Positions 52,015-64,000 of a stretch of DNA of 64,000 nucleotides are shown here, piece after piece. Origin of the DNA: Neoconidiobolus thromboides FSU 785 (taxonomy: Eukaryota > Fungi > Entomophthoromycota); assembly GCA_025603075.1 (NCBI GenBank), contig MU626336.1:1-64000 (forward strand), written 5' to 3'. The number at the start of each line of letters is the position of its first letter. Position 1 is the first letter of the stretch. A program made the translations under genes and the position numbers. The notes below the pieces were generated by a model. The model was not told the DNA's origin. It made no database searches and saw only the letters and a list, made by a program, of their open reading frames with translations.

Positions 52015-53692
52015 TTAATAGCATCTAACAACCTTGTAAATAAATCCAATATAAATGGCCACAAAGAGGGTAAGTGGGATAGCAGTATAGACATTAAAAG
52101 CGAGATGATAAAACAAATTAAAGATTAGGAACCCATTAAAACCTAAAAGCACAACAGCGACAAGATAATATGCATATAAACTTGTTTTCGATAGAACAAA
52201 CTGTTTACCCATAACAGTAACATCTCCAAGCAAAGCAAGCAAGGGTATAAGGGCAAATGGGAGTTGTAGTGATTGTAAGGTATTTAAATACTCACCTAAG
52301 GTATCTAAATAATCTTTTGCTAGGATAGCAACCAAGATAGATGGAATCAAAGCAATGCTTCTTGTCAATAAAACTCGTTTCCAAGGTGTTATAGAGAACT
52401 TCCAAAACCCTTCCATAACATATTGACCTGCCAAAGTACCTGTCATCGTTGACGACTGACCAGCAGCTAGAAGCCCTATTGCCCAGATGTACTTCGCTTT
52501 ATCACCTAACGTGTTAGCTAGTGCCTCGGCAGCGTCTGCTAAGCCAACGTTATATTTTGGCACGCTTCCGTTATTGTAATAGAAAACTTTAGCAAACACT
52601 ACCATTAACGCAAGGTTAATTAAAAAAGAAATAAACAAAGCAAGTCCAGACTCAATAAATAAATACTTATTTGCCAGCTTAACTTGCTTTTTTTCTAAAT
52701 CTACTCGACATACTTCCTTTCCAGAAGCTAAAGCAGAGTGTAAATATATATTATGTGGCATTATAACTAGTTTAAGAAGATTAATTCAACTCTTAAAAAC
52801 AAGAGGTTTAAATACTTACTAGCTCCAACCATAGCTACTGCTTGGATAACCGCATACTTAGGAATGTTTGGCACCAATAAGCCCTCCATCACCAATTTTG
52901 GATCCGGATTTGCCAAAAACATTTCAAAACAAAAACAAATAGCCATAACTCCAATCAAACTCATAAAAAAAGACTCCAGCTTATTCATCCCATATCTATG
53001 TAAAGCAAGAAATGTAAATGTATCTAACACTGTAATGATTACTCCCAACCAAAGTGGGAAGTTGAATAAAATATTAAAAGCTATAGCTGTACCCACCACT
53101 TCTTGTATATCACTACCTATAATCGCTAGTTCACACATAATCCATAACATCTTTGCAATTGGTTTCGGGTATCGGATACGAATATGTTCTGCTAGATGTT
53201 TACCTGTCACAATACCTAATTGGGAGGCAAGATTTTGGATCATCAAACCCAAAAAATGCGCCCAAAAAAGGATCCAGAGTAGGCTTTTTAAATATATAAG
53301 GTTTTCCTACTTATAAAAGCTTTAATTTTAATTACCTATTTCCACACAGTGCTGCTGCTTGTAGATCTGACTCTAAATTACCTGGATCAAGATAGGCAAT
53401 AGACCTGATAGCAGTTTAATCAAAGATTACATATACTTTATTTTTTCACTTACATTAACCATCCTGGTCCTGAAAATAACCAGAAATTCTTTAAACCAAA
53501 TTCTCTTTGTAGTAGATTAGCATCTTTGTTAGCGAACGAATATTCACGTATGCTTTTCCTCTTTTTTATATTTGGTTTTGAATTAATATAGTATACGTCC
53601 GGTAGTTCTAATAGCTTGCTCGTTTCTTGTTCAGATTGTTGCGAGCCCATTTTTGGTCTTGATTTTAAGTGTGTTGCATCGCTAGAATGCAT
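52015..53692 (-). CDS. NRAMP/SMF divalent metal transporter, 4 exons
   Basis: SIAYLDPGNLESDLQ, ELAIIGSDIQEVVG, MPHNIYLHS, GQSSTMTGTLAGQYVMEGF. Confidence 0.95.
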
Positions 53693-53994
53693 TTTGGTTT
53701 AAAAGTATATTATTGTTGAGCCTAAAATAAAACTTGTTTTAGATAGGAGTTTTAATTGGATTGGTTCGAGATTTAAAGAATTTAGTAAATTAAATGTATT
53801 CTGTTGATTTTATCCTAAAACGGAAGAATCATAATAAATATTCATTTTAATTATTTATCATAACGATAACAATCATATTTAATTATCTGTATCTTTAAAT
53901 TAAATTTTATTCTTTTGTAATTTACAATTAAAAATATTCAAAATCAAATTTAATTACTATAAACTAAAAGCCTGTAAGTTAAACTCTATCTCTA

Positions 53995-55931
53995 TTACAT
54001 TTTATCCACTGTTTTTAATCCCAACACAGCAAGGCCATTCTCAAGTGTTTGTTTAGTAGCCCAAAACAATAACCATCTAGCTTTACTCAACTCAATATCA
54101 TTTAAACCTTTAACTCTAAGCTGTTCATTGGCTTGGATAGAAACGCGTGATAGTTGTAGCAAATATTGAGCAATTGTACATGGCTCAAAATTTATCTGAG
54201 CTTGTGCTATGACATTTGGAAATTGGGCTAAAAGATAAGCTAGTTCAAATGCAATAGGTTCAATTAGCAGATCAAAATTAATTTCCTTTGTTAATGGGAT
54301 TTGAGCTTTTCTTTCAATACTATGAATTAAAGTGTTATTAACAATTATTTAATTGCTTTGGTAATTGTATATACTTACCCACAAATCTTAGCATAAGAAT
54401 ATAACAAATAAACTCCGGTATCTCCTTTATGGTCTAACATTCTATTCCAATCAAATTGATAATCCTTATTCCTCTTTGCCAAAAAATCTTGAATCTTTAT
54501 ACCTGCTGTAGCGATCTGATCGGAAATAAAATCCTGTTCTTGCTTATCAATACTATTCTCATCTTTCATAATCTCCATAGTTTTACCCTTACACCTTTCT
54601 AAAATATCTTTTAAAAATATAGTATTTCCTTTTCTCGTAGAAACTCCTATCACTCTACCAAACCCAATGTGCACTAAATTTTTATGCCATCCTTGACTAA
54701 TATCAAGCTGATACTTTTCTTTGATTTTGTTTTCAATAACTGGATGGATTAACTCAATAACCTTAAATACTTGTCTCATATATAAATTTTGTTCGTTACC
54801 AACCACATAAATCATCTTATCAAAGTTTAACTCAATTTTTCTCTTAATAATCGTAGCTATGTCCCTCATCAGATATAAACTAGTACCATCCTTTTTTATC
54901 AATATTGGTTGACCCAATTCGTAATCGGTTAAGTCTATAAACATAGCCCCTTCTCTTTTTTTAACTAAGTTGCTGTCTTTTAAGCACTCTAAAGCCAAGT
55001 TTAAATACTCGTTGCTTTCCCTTTCTCCAGAATAGATATCAAAATCAATATTTAATTTTCTATAAAGTTCTTTAAAACTTTTTAAACTTAAATCATGAAA
55101 CCATTGCCACTGCTTTAACATATCTTCATCTCCTTATTTAATATGTTAATCGAATTATTCTTTAAAGCTATTTTTTATTGTCTTACCTTGTTCCAACAAC
55201 TTGAAATATTCTTGAGCTTTAATCGAAACACTTTCGTCTGATTCTTTTAACTGGTTGATCTTAACGTATACTTCATATAAATGCAACATTGGATCATCTT
55301 TTAGCTTTCCTACATCTCCAAACTTTTCAAACCCTAAAACTAATAAACCTATCGAAATCTTTTAATTAAATATAATAACAACTAATGTTAGCTTACCATA
55401 CTGTTTCCCCCAATCTCCTAGATAATTAATGGTTACCAACTCGCTTTTCGAACTATTAAATCTGATCAAATTCGATATAAACTGTCCCAAAATGCTAGAT
55501 CGTAAGTGTCCAATATGAAATGGTTTAGCTATATTGGGACTTGAGTATTCCACAACTACTTTTTTATCCTTATATCCATCTTCCAACCAACTATTATGAT
55601 CCCATTCACTTGGTATTCCATAAACTTCCCTTTTATCATAGATATCAGTTAATATGTCCTTTAACAATCCTCTCTGACTTAACTCGAAGTTTAAAAATGG
55701 GCCCAGTTGAGATGTCCTTAACGAGTAAGAATGGAGCGTCTTTTCTAAATGCGATTGGACATCGCTTATATCCACTGAAGTTAACTTTTTGAGTTGAGGT
55801 AAAGAAATGCTAAATTGACCATGGGCTTTATTCTTTGGGACCATAAGTAGAGGCTTGAGGCTCTGTTTTGGGATCGAGCTCGCTTGGCTTAAACCTTCAA
55901 TGATCGATTTTCGTATGTGAGAAAGTGCCAT
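53995..55931 (-). CDS. Arginyl-tRNA synthetase, multi-exon
   Basis: VEYSSPNIAKPFHIGHLRS, NYLGDWGKQYG, KDGTSLYLMRD, GDTGVYLLYSYAK and an anticodon-domain end LENGLAVLGLKTVDKM*. Confidence 0.95.
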
Positions 55932-56042
55932 TTGAGAGTCTTTTGTTTGGGCGCTATTCTAGTTTAATTAATTAAATTACAAAGATTAACTCGAAAATTT
56001 TGATTTGACTTTCTGACCTTGAGTTTTTTAAAAGAATTCAAA

Positions 56043-57018
56043 ATGAAAAGAAAATCAAAAGATAATGAAACTCAAAAATGTAAAACTTAAAATAACACTT
56101 AAAATTAATGAAAGACATACTAAGTCCAATACCCAAAGCCCAAAAAAACAAAACTGAAGTCCCAGTAAAAGAGATAACATCTAAAGTATCGGGTGCCGTA
56201 TACTGGTTAATGAAATCTGAGCCTGAAACTCGACTAGTTAAAGGAAAGGATGTGAGGTTTAGGTAAACTAAGATAGTCCTTCAATAGATATTTATATTAA
56301 AAATAATAAAAGCATTGATGATTTAAAACATAGTAAGGATAGTAAAACGAGTTGGGAGGGAGTGGTACTTTATTTATTGAGTTTAAGTTACTATTTTTTC
56401 TAACTGAGTTAATTATATAGCGGAATTATGAAGCAAGAAACTTTATGAGAGATAAGATGAAGTTGGGGGATACTGTAATTTGAAATAAGCTGTCAAGTAC
56501 TAAATATTAATTCATCTACTAGGTACTATTTTATCATTCTAATTGTAAGGTTCCTGGTATTATTGGATTGGCTAAAGTAAAAGATATTTATTTTTTGGAA
56601 TGGAATTAAATTTATTGTTTTGTTTAGGTGGTCAAAACAGGGTATCCAGATGGTAAGTTAATATATTGAATACAAAATCAAAAGCTGATTAAGCCGCTTT
56701 TTGAAAAGAAACTGCGACTGATCCCAATCACCCTTACTTTGATAAGCGTATTAAAGATGGTCAGAATCCATGGTATAAAGTGGCTATTTATTTATTATTG
56801 ATACAAGTTGTACTTATATATATTAGGTAGATATCCAATTTGCAGAAAAGTTTGATGAGATAATATCATTAAAAACATTAAAGTCATATAGAGATAAAGA
56901 AGTTTTTAGTGAATTAAGTTTATTCAAAAGAGCTCAATTATCTATACAAAAAGTAACCCAAGCTCAATTTGATTTTATCATGAGTTTAAAAGCGGAAGGA
57001 GGTAGCCAAAAAGGATAA
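56043..57018 (+). CDS. EVE-domain protein (THYN1/Thy28-like), many short exons
   Basis: Spliced: YWLMKSEP...FSIDDL...WEGVRNYEARNFMRD.MKLGD.VLFYHSNCKVPGIIGLAKV...YPD...DPNHPYFD...PWY.VD...LSIQKV. Start may instead be the ATG at 56108. Confidence 0.88.
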
Positions 57019-57304
57019 AATAATTTTTGATCAGTTTTTTTTAATAATTTTTTTTTAATAATTAGTGAATAAAAACAAATTTATTACTATATTTTATTTT
57101 AAATATAATTCGTGTAGTAGCATTCTTCAAATTAATCTACATTATATCCTATTTAATACGTACATAGATTACTTGGGTATTTTAATTTTAATTAAAATAC
57201 AGATCAAACAAAACCAAAGATACAATCAAATGGTTTTTTTAAAACTATAAATCATAGTATAAAAATATTTTATGTTATAATGCAAAAAATATTCAGTTTT
57301 AAAA

Positions 57305-57461
57305 CTTTGGGGCATGGTCTCGTATAAAGACCTTGACACTCTCCTAGAACTGCACTCTTGCTTTCCAATATGGTTGAGCCAAAATTCTTAAACTATACAG
57401 TCTCCAAAGCTTATCATTTTTTTGGTAACTAAAGAACAATTAAATCAATTATTTTTTAGTT
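57305..57461 (+). ncRNA. Candidate structured non-coding RNA with an Sm-site-like motif (class unassigned)
   Basis: By-eye pairing: 57305-312 with 57402-409 (8 bp), hairpin 57313-335, hairpin 57369-397, AU7GG at 57416-425, then a 14/15-bp hairpin at 57427-461; GC-richer than its flanks and no ORF. Confidence 0.35.
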
Positions 57462-57609
57462 CTATCTAAATTCCAACAAAAATCTTTAAATCCCAAAATA
57501 TTCCAAGCGAGCCAATCATTATTTCTATGATTTAATTTGTTGAACTACTTCGACTCGAATAGTCAACAGAAAAAAGTTTTACCATTTACTCAACTTTAGT
57601 ATAGCAGCC

Positions 57610-59063
57610 ATGCCTCCAAAGAAAGTCGTTAAAGAAGAAAAATTATTATTAGGCCGTCCAGGTAACAATTTAAAGATAGGTGTAGTTGGTATGCCCAACG
57701 TGGGAAAATCTACTTTTTTCAATGCTATCACCAACTCTGCTGCTCCAGCTGAAAACTTTCCTTTCTGTACCATTGGTAAGTTGATTTGAAATATTTTAAT
57801 ATATTGTTTAGCTAACTCTATTTTAATAGATCCTGAAGAAGCTCGTGTAGCTGTCCCAGATGAAAGAATGGACTGGATGACTGCCAATATGAAGCCAACG
57901 AATACTATCCCAGCCTATTTGACTGTAATTGATATTGCTGGTTTAGTCAAAGGAGCTGCTGGTGGTGCTGGTTTAGGAAATGCTTTCTTAAGTCATGTTC
58001 GTGCTGTCGATGCCATCTTTCATGTCTGCCGTGCATTCAATGATGCTGATGTTATTCACGTTGAAGGTGAATTAGATCCCATCAGAGATTTAGAGATTAT
58101 TCATGAAGAATTAAGACTTAAGGATATCGAGTTTATTAATAAACATATTGAAGGTCTTAAAAAGGCCTTGAGGTCCTCAACCGATAAAGCTAAGAAGGAA
58201 GAGTTGGTAAATTTATTTTCAATGCAAAATAAGAAAGGATGATAATATTTGTTTTTTTAGGAAACTACTGAAAAGGTATTAAACTGGGTCGAAGTAGAAA
58301 AGAAGGATGTTCGTAGTGGCAACTGGAGCAATAAAGAGGTTGAAGTGATCAATACTCTTCTTTTACTTAGTGCTAAGCCAGTCATCTACTTAGCCAATTG
58401 TAGTCCTAATGATTATGTTAGAAAGAAGAATAAGTGGTAAGCTAAAACTAATGGAAAAGTAATTAAAATATTAATCACCAATCCCCATGTTTAGGTTGGC
58501 TAAAATTAAAGCTTGGATTGATGCCAATAACCCAGGAGATCTTTTAATTCCATTCAGTGCTGCTTTAGAATATGATGTAAGTTTTTATTATATAACTATC
58601 TGATGTAAGTTGAAATAAATTATTTTAGCTTTCAATGGCAACTAAAGAAGAAAGAGAAGAAAAATTAAAAGAGTTAGGTACAGTATCTGCTTTCCCAAAG
58701 ATTATCACTTCCGGTTACTCTGCTTTACAATTGTTTTATTATTTCACTTATGGACCCAAAGAAGTAAGAGCTTGGACTGTTAGAGTAAGTTTTCAATTAT
58801 CATAGCTAGTAGTCAAATGTTGATTTTGTTATTAATAGAAAGGTTCAAAAGCACCACAAGCTGCTGGAGTAATTCATACTGATTTCGAACGTGGATTTAT
58901 TATGGCTGAAATAATGAAATACAAAGATCTTCATGAGCTAGGTACTGAAGCTGCAGTTAAAGCAGCTGGCAAATACTTGCAAAAGGGTAAAGACTATATC
59001 GTTGAAGATGGGGATATTATTTTCTTTAAATTTAACGTTACAGCACCTGCTAAAAAGAAATAG
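57610..59063 (+). CDS. OLA1: Obg-like ATPase Ola1/YchF, multi-exon
   Basis: [69 protein letters not shown]. Confidence 0.97.
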
Positions 59064-59199
59064 ATAAATAAATAAATATTTGGAAATTAATTAACAATAT
59101 TGTTTCTTATTATTCTTTTCTAAGATTAATTTTAAATTTATTTCATTTATGTATAAAAACCGTGGATTATTTAAATAGTTCTTTATCGCGAGGATACAC

Positions 59200-59962
59200 T
59201 TACTCTCTAATTTCGTGATCCTTAGCCCTTTCTTCTTTTTTAATTGGTGGATAAGGGAATGCAGTCCCGTTGGGGTTCCTTACGGGTGCTGAAAAAGGTC
59301 CCACATAATTTGAATTAATAGAAGCGTTGTCTTTAGGTTGAATCGAAGATAATGTAGTGCCGTTATTATTATTACTCATTGTTGGTAGAATAGTATTAAA
59401 GGGAGCTTGAGGCTGAGGTTGGCTTTTAAGCTGGTTGTTCGCTCTCACTTTATTCCTTAATGCCTTCATCACATGCTCATGGCTCATCTTGCGTTTTGGA
59501 ATCAAATCTTTCTGCTCAGTGATGGACTCAGAAGACTTACCGATCAATTGTGGATACTGAATCCTCGGTAATTTATTATCAGGGGAGTTGGAATGGATCC
59601 TGCTGGTATCAATTTTAGGCAATGTAATTGGGGTTATGTTTGTTTGATGGTTATTATTGAAAAATCTTTTATCTTTAATTTCAGGTAGTTTAATATCTTG
59701 CTTATGCTTTAGTTGTGTTATCTCATACTCTATCTTACGGTTCTCTAATTTTATCAACTCGGTGTTATACTTCACTTCTTCGGCTAATAACTTTATATTT
59801 TATTATTTATTTTCATTTTAATTTGCTATTGTAGCTTACTTTATCCTCTTCTTGTTTGCTTGCTAACACATGCTTCAATAGCTCTCTATCACTATCATAC
59901 TCTCTTAATAAATTGCTTAATAACGATTTACTCCCATTCACTCTGTTTTGGTTTCGTTCCAT
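59200..59962 (-). CDS. Uncharacterised protein (N-terminal coiled coil, disordered C-terminus), 2 exons
   Basis: Exon 1 MERN...LLKHVLASKQEEDK splices in frame (GTAAGC...AAAG) to LLAEEVKYNTEL of ORF 59200-59775. Confidence 0.7.
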
Positions 59963-60113
59963 TTTTTATTTGTTTCTTAATAAAAAGTAATTCTTAAATT
60001 TAAAGTGTTGTTTTTTTATTTGGCCTTAATTTCCTAATTGGTCTAGTTTGCTTCCAGTTGTTGTGATCTTTTCATTATTTTATAATAAAGTTAACCATGT
60101 AGGATGAATTTTT

Positions 60114-60128
60114 ATTGGCTGTGATTGG
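60114..60128. promoter_or_regulatory. Tandem inverted CCAAT boxes (ATTGG x2, 10 bp apart) in a divergent promoter
   Basis: ATTGGCTGTGATTGG lies between the ATGs at 59962 (-) and 60417 (+). Confidence 0.45.
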
Positions 60129-60416
60129 ATGATTCCTGATTTATTAAAGTATAATATTTTATTATTGAGTTTAAATTTAATCAAAAAAATAAAATACAAT
60201 TAAATTAAAGGATTTAGGAATTAATCAGAATATTAGATTTTTATTAATTTATTTTATTGCTTAATGATTTTGAAATTTTGTTTGTTTGCCGAACTTCAAT
60301 TCTGTTAAATACTCAAGTGATACAATCAAATTAGTAGTGATATTTATATGATTGTAATCATAATTGTAATAAAGTATATATAAAATCCTAATAATTTTAT
60401 AATTAATATGTAAAAA

Positions 60417-62288
60417 ATGTTTTTTGAAACAGTAAAAGACAATGAAAGTATACAAACATTATGGTTATTGGGCAACCTGAGCAAGGCTCAGATACGCCTT
60501 TTAAGTAAAAAGAAGATTAAAAAAGAATTAAACATTGGTGAAGTTTTACAATTAATTAGAGACTCTGAATGGGACTTAAAACACCAAATAATTTTATTAC
60601 TGGGATTAATAAGATACTATATGTTCCAAATCGAAAAGATGGACACTAAATACTCTCAATTGAAGCAAGATATATTTAGGTCGGTTTTATTACCTACCTT
60701 AGAAAGGAATAATACATCAAAGTTTACTACTTTAAAGTAAGTTTTAATCCCGTTTTATTATTATCGTTAACAGTTTCCATTACATAAGCTATGAAGACCT
60801 CACCTTGTTAACTTCAAAATTGTACTACTTACCTTTTCCTGATCTTGAGATCACATTACCTGAGGAAGAGACCAAGCATGATTGGAGTATAGAATCTATT
60901 CGATTACTGGAACCTAGAGAAACAGTAGAAATTGGTCGGATTGAACCGGATGAATTCAACTGGACTTTAGATTACTATGGAAATGTATTGGAACCAACTT
61001 CTCCAATTGATTTTGGCCCAATTCTTAGCTCCCCAACCTTTGAGCCTATAAGTGTTCCTCAAACTGAGCTTGAAACATTGCCACTATTAGCAATAGAAGA
61101 GGAGGCTAAAGATATTGAAGTCCCAAAAAAATTTAGAAGTAATATGGATAGGAGTACTATACTAGATCAAGAGGCAGTTTTTAAAGTAGATGAAAGTGCC
61201 ATTGAGAATTTTGTATGTGGTTTTTGTGTTATTGGGCTACATCTGATTAAATGCTTAACTAGGAATTGAAACGAAAAATCAAACAAGCGTGTAATGCCTT
61301 ACTTTTTAACATAGGCTTAGCTACCCCTATTGAATATTATAACAATTTATTTCGTGATAGTATTAAAAAACTGAAGTTGGAAGAAGGTATTAGTTTTATT
61401 AAATAGTAATACTTACTCTTTTATTTTTTTTAGTATCCCCGATTGGCTCGACTGTTTCTAGAGGTATTAGATTATAGCTTTATATTAATTTATGTTAATT
61501 TTATTCTAGAATATGGAATGGTAACCATTAGTTAATACAGTCTATTATTTATTTAGGAAAACTAGGAATTACCCGAATATCCATCTTACAGCCCAGAAGT
61601 AGCAAGAGAAAGGGTCTCATTTGATACTACTCGTTACCCTTGGAATGTGGATATTAGTGAAATCTTAGGTATATCTATTTAGTTTATTCTATAATGATGC
61701 ACTTTCTCTATTTTAGACCAACCCCTAGAAACTCCTAGGATTAGCTTAACGCCTGTTTCATTCCCTGAGAGGTACTTTTATAATCATAATCTATATAATC
61801 ACTATAGGAATTAGAGAGTCCATTGAGGACATTATACCACCCTTGGTCCATGAAGATCAAATTAACATTTTAGTAGAAAAGGCAGCTTTGGTTCCAAATT
61901 ATCATCAGTTTCAAGGTAAATTCTTTAGATAAATTTACTATGAAATTTCTAATATTCTTAGCCTTGCCTCAACAGCAACTAGCAGATAATCAACTCTACT
62001 ATTCATTAACCCATGAAGATCTTAACTTAGATAATGAAACCACTAACTTTTTATCTTTTTTGAAATTTCAACCAGTGACACAACCTCTTTCAATGTCCTC
62101 CTTGTTTGATGCCCCTACCACAGATAAAATTACTGCTTCTACGGCTTTTTACCTCATCCTAAGTAAGCTTTCGTCCACCTCTATTTTACGTTAATAATCC
62201 TATTTTAGGCCTGAAATCAAATGCTCTGATTGAGGTTGAGCAGAGAGAACCCTATGGAGATATTGAAATTGATCTGAACATTTTTTAG
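60417..62288 (+). CDS. Rad21/Rec8-family cohesin kleisin, divergent (Rec8-like), multi-exon
   Basis: N-terminal LWLLG...LNIGEV...ILLLGLIRYY resembles Rad21_Rec8_N; C-terminal TASTAFYLIL...LIEVEQREPYGDIEI resembles the kleisin winged helix; ExxR motifs (EIGR, EVAR, ETPR). Confidence 0.75.
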
Positions 62289-62816
62289 ACTACTGTGGTA
62301 GAGTTCGAGGTGTTCGATTAGCTATTTATAAACTTTATTATGAGTTTTATCAAAACTTGGCTATTTTGATTGCTTTTTACACTTAAATTTCAGACTTAAA
62401 ATTAAAACTACAGCTATTGAAGCTCTTTTCCAACTTTAGAAGTAATTTTTATATTTAAATTATTTGTACAAATAATTTTTAATCCTAGATGTTTATTTTT
62501 TGAACTGTTATAATATAAATTTTTACCCTAAATAAGCAGTTAACTAGGTCTCAAAAGAACTGTAACAACTGCAAAGTCAACTTAAACTACCAATTCTATA
62601 TGCGCTAAAACTGAATCTAAATAGTCGTATTTTTAGAAAATTTTGTATCGTTTAAGAATTCTTAAAGTTTCGTTTTAAGTTCCTGATTGGAAAATACCTC
62701 ATTTGTACAAAATTGATCCTGAATGCGCTCCCCTGCCATTCAAATTTGGTCTAAAAACTATTTGAAATTTGAAAAATTCTTGTTTGTTTTGCTACTAACA
62801 AAAACTATTTTTGACA

Positions 62817-64000
62817 ATGTGGAATATAAAACCCAACTCAAGACTAAATAGTTCACCCTCACTAAAAGGAAGCAATATACAGGGATTACAAGGTCAAAGC
62901 AGTATAGCTCCAAACTCAAAAAAACGGAAAGCGGAATTTGAGTCTCAAGAAAAAGGCATAGAATGCCCCATCCAAGTTTACATACGGTGCCGAGGAGGCC
63001 ATCAACATACAGGAAATAAAATAGGAACTGAATTGATAGGGAATAGTGAACTACAATGTAAAGAAGGCAATAGCAGACATTCCGAAATTAAGTTCAAATT
63101 TGATCAAATATTTAATCCTCACATTTGTCAAGAAGCTATCTTTAACGAAGTTGCTTTGCCTATGATAGATGAAGCTCTTTGTGGATTAAATTCTACTTTA
63201 TTTGCTTATGGCCAAACAGGTACTGGGAAAACATACACAATGGAAGGGGCACTTGGTCAAATTGGTATTCTTCCAGAGACAAACGCCGGAATCATTCCAA
63301 GGGTTTTACATCAACTTTATAAAAGGCTTGATAGTATGGAGTTGCCTTCAAAATATGTTATAAAAATATCGATGCTTGAAATTTATAATGAGGAAATCTA
63401 TGATCTTCTTTCAATTAAAGATGCAACTAAACCAAACTCAAAAATTATTTTAAATAAAGTTTCAAATCAAGACCTGATCATTAAAGGGTTAACAGAAAAG
63501 ATTGCTAATACACCAGATGAAGCAATTGAATTCCTCAGACAAGGCTCAAATATTCGCCACACTGCTTCAACTAAATTAAACAAAAGCTCAAGGTAATAAT
63601 TTACTTCTTTATTCAACTGATAATAATTTCTTTAGTCGTTCACACTCTATTTATACTATTAATATTAAAGTGAATAAAAAAACAGAAGCCAGTGACCATT
63701 TTATAAATGGCAAGCTATATCTAGTTGATCTTGCTGGCTCAGAAGATATTTCACGATCTGGCACTGAAAAGGTTCAAGCAGCTGAAGCGGGCAAAATCAA
63801 TCGATCTTTACTTACTTTAGGTAAAATTATAAAGGGGCTCTCTGAAAAAAGTACTTCAGGTTTAGTTAAGCTACCATTTAGGTAAATTCTTTACTTTATT
63901 TTTAAACTATGATATAAATATGATATTAATGTTTAGAGAGAGTAAATTGACTCGTATCCTTGAAGATTCATTAGGAGGGGGTACAAAAACACGGATGATA
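62817..64000 (+). CDS. Kinesin-5 (BimC/Eg5/Kip1-like) motor domain, partial; gene runs off the window
   Basis: IQVYIRCR, FKFDQIF, FAYGQTGTGKTYTMEG, NAGIIPRVL, LNKSSR|SHS, GKLYLVDLAGSEDISRSG, EAGKINRSLLTLG, PFR|ESKLTRIL.DSLGG.TKT. Confidence 0.93.

Overview
Very AT-rich eukaryotic (fungal) genomic DNA with many short GT-AG introns of about 35-70 bp. It fits an early-diverging fungus such as an entomophthoralean (Conidiobolus-like); this is inference from composition, intron size and protein similarity, not a database result. Gene-dense housekeeping blocks contain Sec6, a PiT phosphate transporter, KGD2/DLST, MetAP1, RPS20, a divergent CDK, deoxyhypusine synthase, Fes1, Esf2, a SMAP protein, a DDT/WHIM chromatin protein, an ELO elongase, NAT9, NRAMP, ArgRS, an EVE protein, Ola1, a Rec8-like kleisin and kinesin-5. 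They alternate with gene-poor accessory intervals holding a DHA1 MFS triplet, decayed paralogues (elongase, F-box/LRR, two Cys-containing secreted-type genes) and a copia-like integrase relic. The most striking unexplained structure is a ~98-bp non-coding element present in 13 copies, with GGGGATGT...ACATCCCC terminal inverted repeats and 4-bp AWWT target-site duplications. One copy sits inside a pseudogene whose intact paralogue shows the empty site. A candidate structured RNA with an Sm-site-like motif lies upstream of OLA1. Exon boundaries were read by eye and pseudogene ends are approximate.
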